A stretch of DNA of 49,117 bases from the sequence record SRR31156797_472. One strand, written 5' to 3'. Shown in pieces: positions 48,839 through 49,117 of this stretch. Each line of letters begins with the position of its first letter. Within the stretch, counting starts at the first letter, position 1. The notes beneath the pieces are model-generated. The model had not been told where the DNA came from. It worked only from the letters and a program-made list of their open reading frames with translations, and made no database searches. Position numbers and translations under genes: made by a program.

Positions 48839-49117
48839 ATGTTAGTAACTAAAAAAGCTCCAGATTTTACAGCTACAGCTGTACTTGCAGACGGTCAAAT
48901 CGTAGAAGATTTTAATTTAATGGATAACTTAGGGGAAAAAGGTGCAGTTCTTTTCTTTTATCCACTAGACTTTACTTTCGTATGTCCATCTGAGATCATT
49001 GCATTCTCTCACAGAATCGAAGAGTTTACTTCAAGAGGAATCAATGTAATTGGTGTATCTGTTGATTCACAATTCTCACACTTTGCATGGAGAGAAACTC
49101 CAGTTGAAAATGGTGGA
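48839..49117 (+). CDS. ahpC: Peroxiredoxin AhpC (5' part; runs off the window)
   Basis: Translated by hand: [12 protein letters not shown]...[15 protein letters not shown]...[24 protein letters not shown] at 48793. Absent from the ORF track. Confidence 0.95.
   Translation, partial: MLVTKKAPDFTATAVLADGQIVEDFNLMDNLGEKGAVLFFYPLDFTFVCPSEIIAFSHRIEEFTSRGINVIGVSVDSQFSHFAWRETPVENGG

Overview
AT-rich bacterial DNA, most consistent with Campylobacterota (Arcobacteraceae-like; judged from the hom/aminotransferase/rlmB gene order, AhpC and GnnA/GnnB-like sequences and TGnTAnAAT promoters; inference). Positions ~1-42.4 kb form a large surface-glycan island with these parts: (i) a CDP-glucose-derived branched aminodeoxysugar pathway ending in a 1140-aa Maf + GT41-like fusion protein; (ii) an inverted radical SAM / carbamoyltransferase / 2OG-dioxygenase cassette; (iii) a legionaminic acid pathway with a formyltransferase where LegH normally sits, plus a WbuXYZ amidination module; (iv) a B12 radical SAM enzyme, a putative nonulosonate transferase, a second WbuXYZ/WbpG module, WbpB, methyl-, formyl- and amido-transferases and glycosyltransferases; (v) DUF354-gnnB-gnnA-lpxA-like genes. 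No flippase, polymerase or ABC exporter is visible. The last ~7 kb is housekeeping/regulatory: hom, a PLP aminotransferase, rlmB, perR, an AraC regulator divergent from cowN, and a partial ahpC. No CRISPR array, RNA gene or transposase was recognised. All family calls come from motif reading, not database searches.
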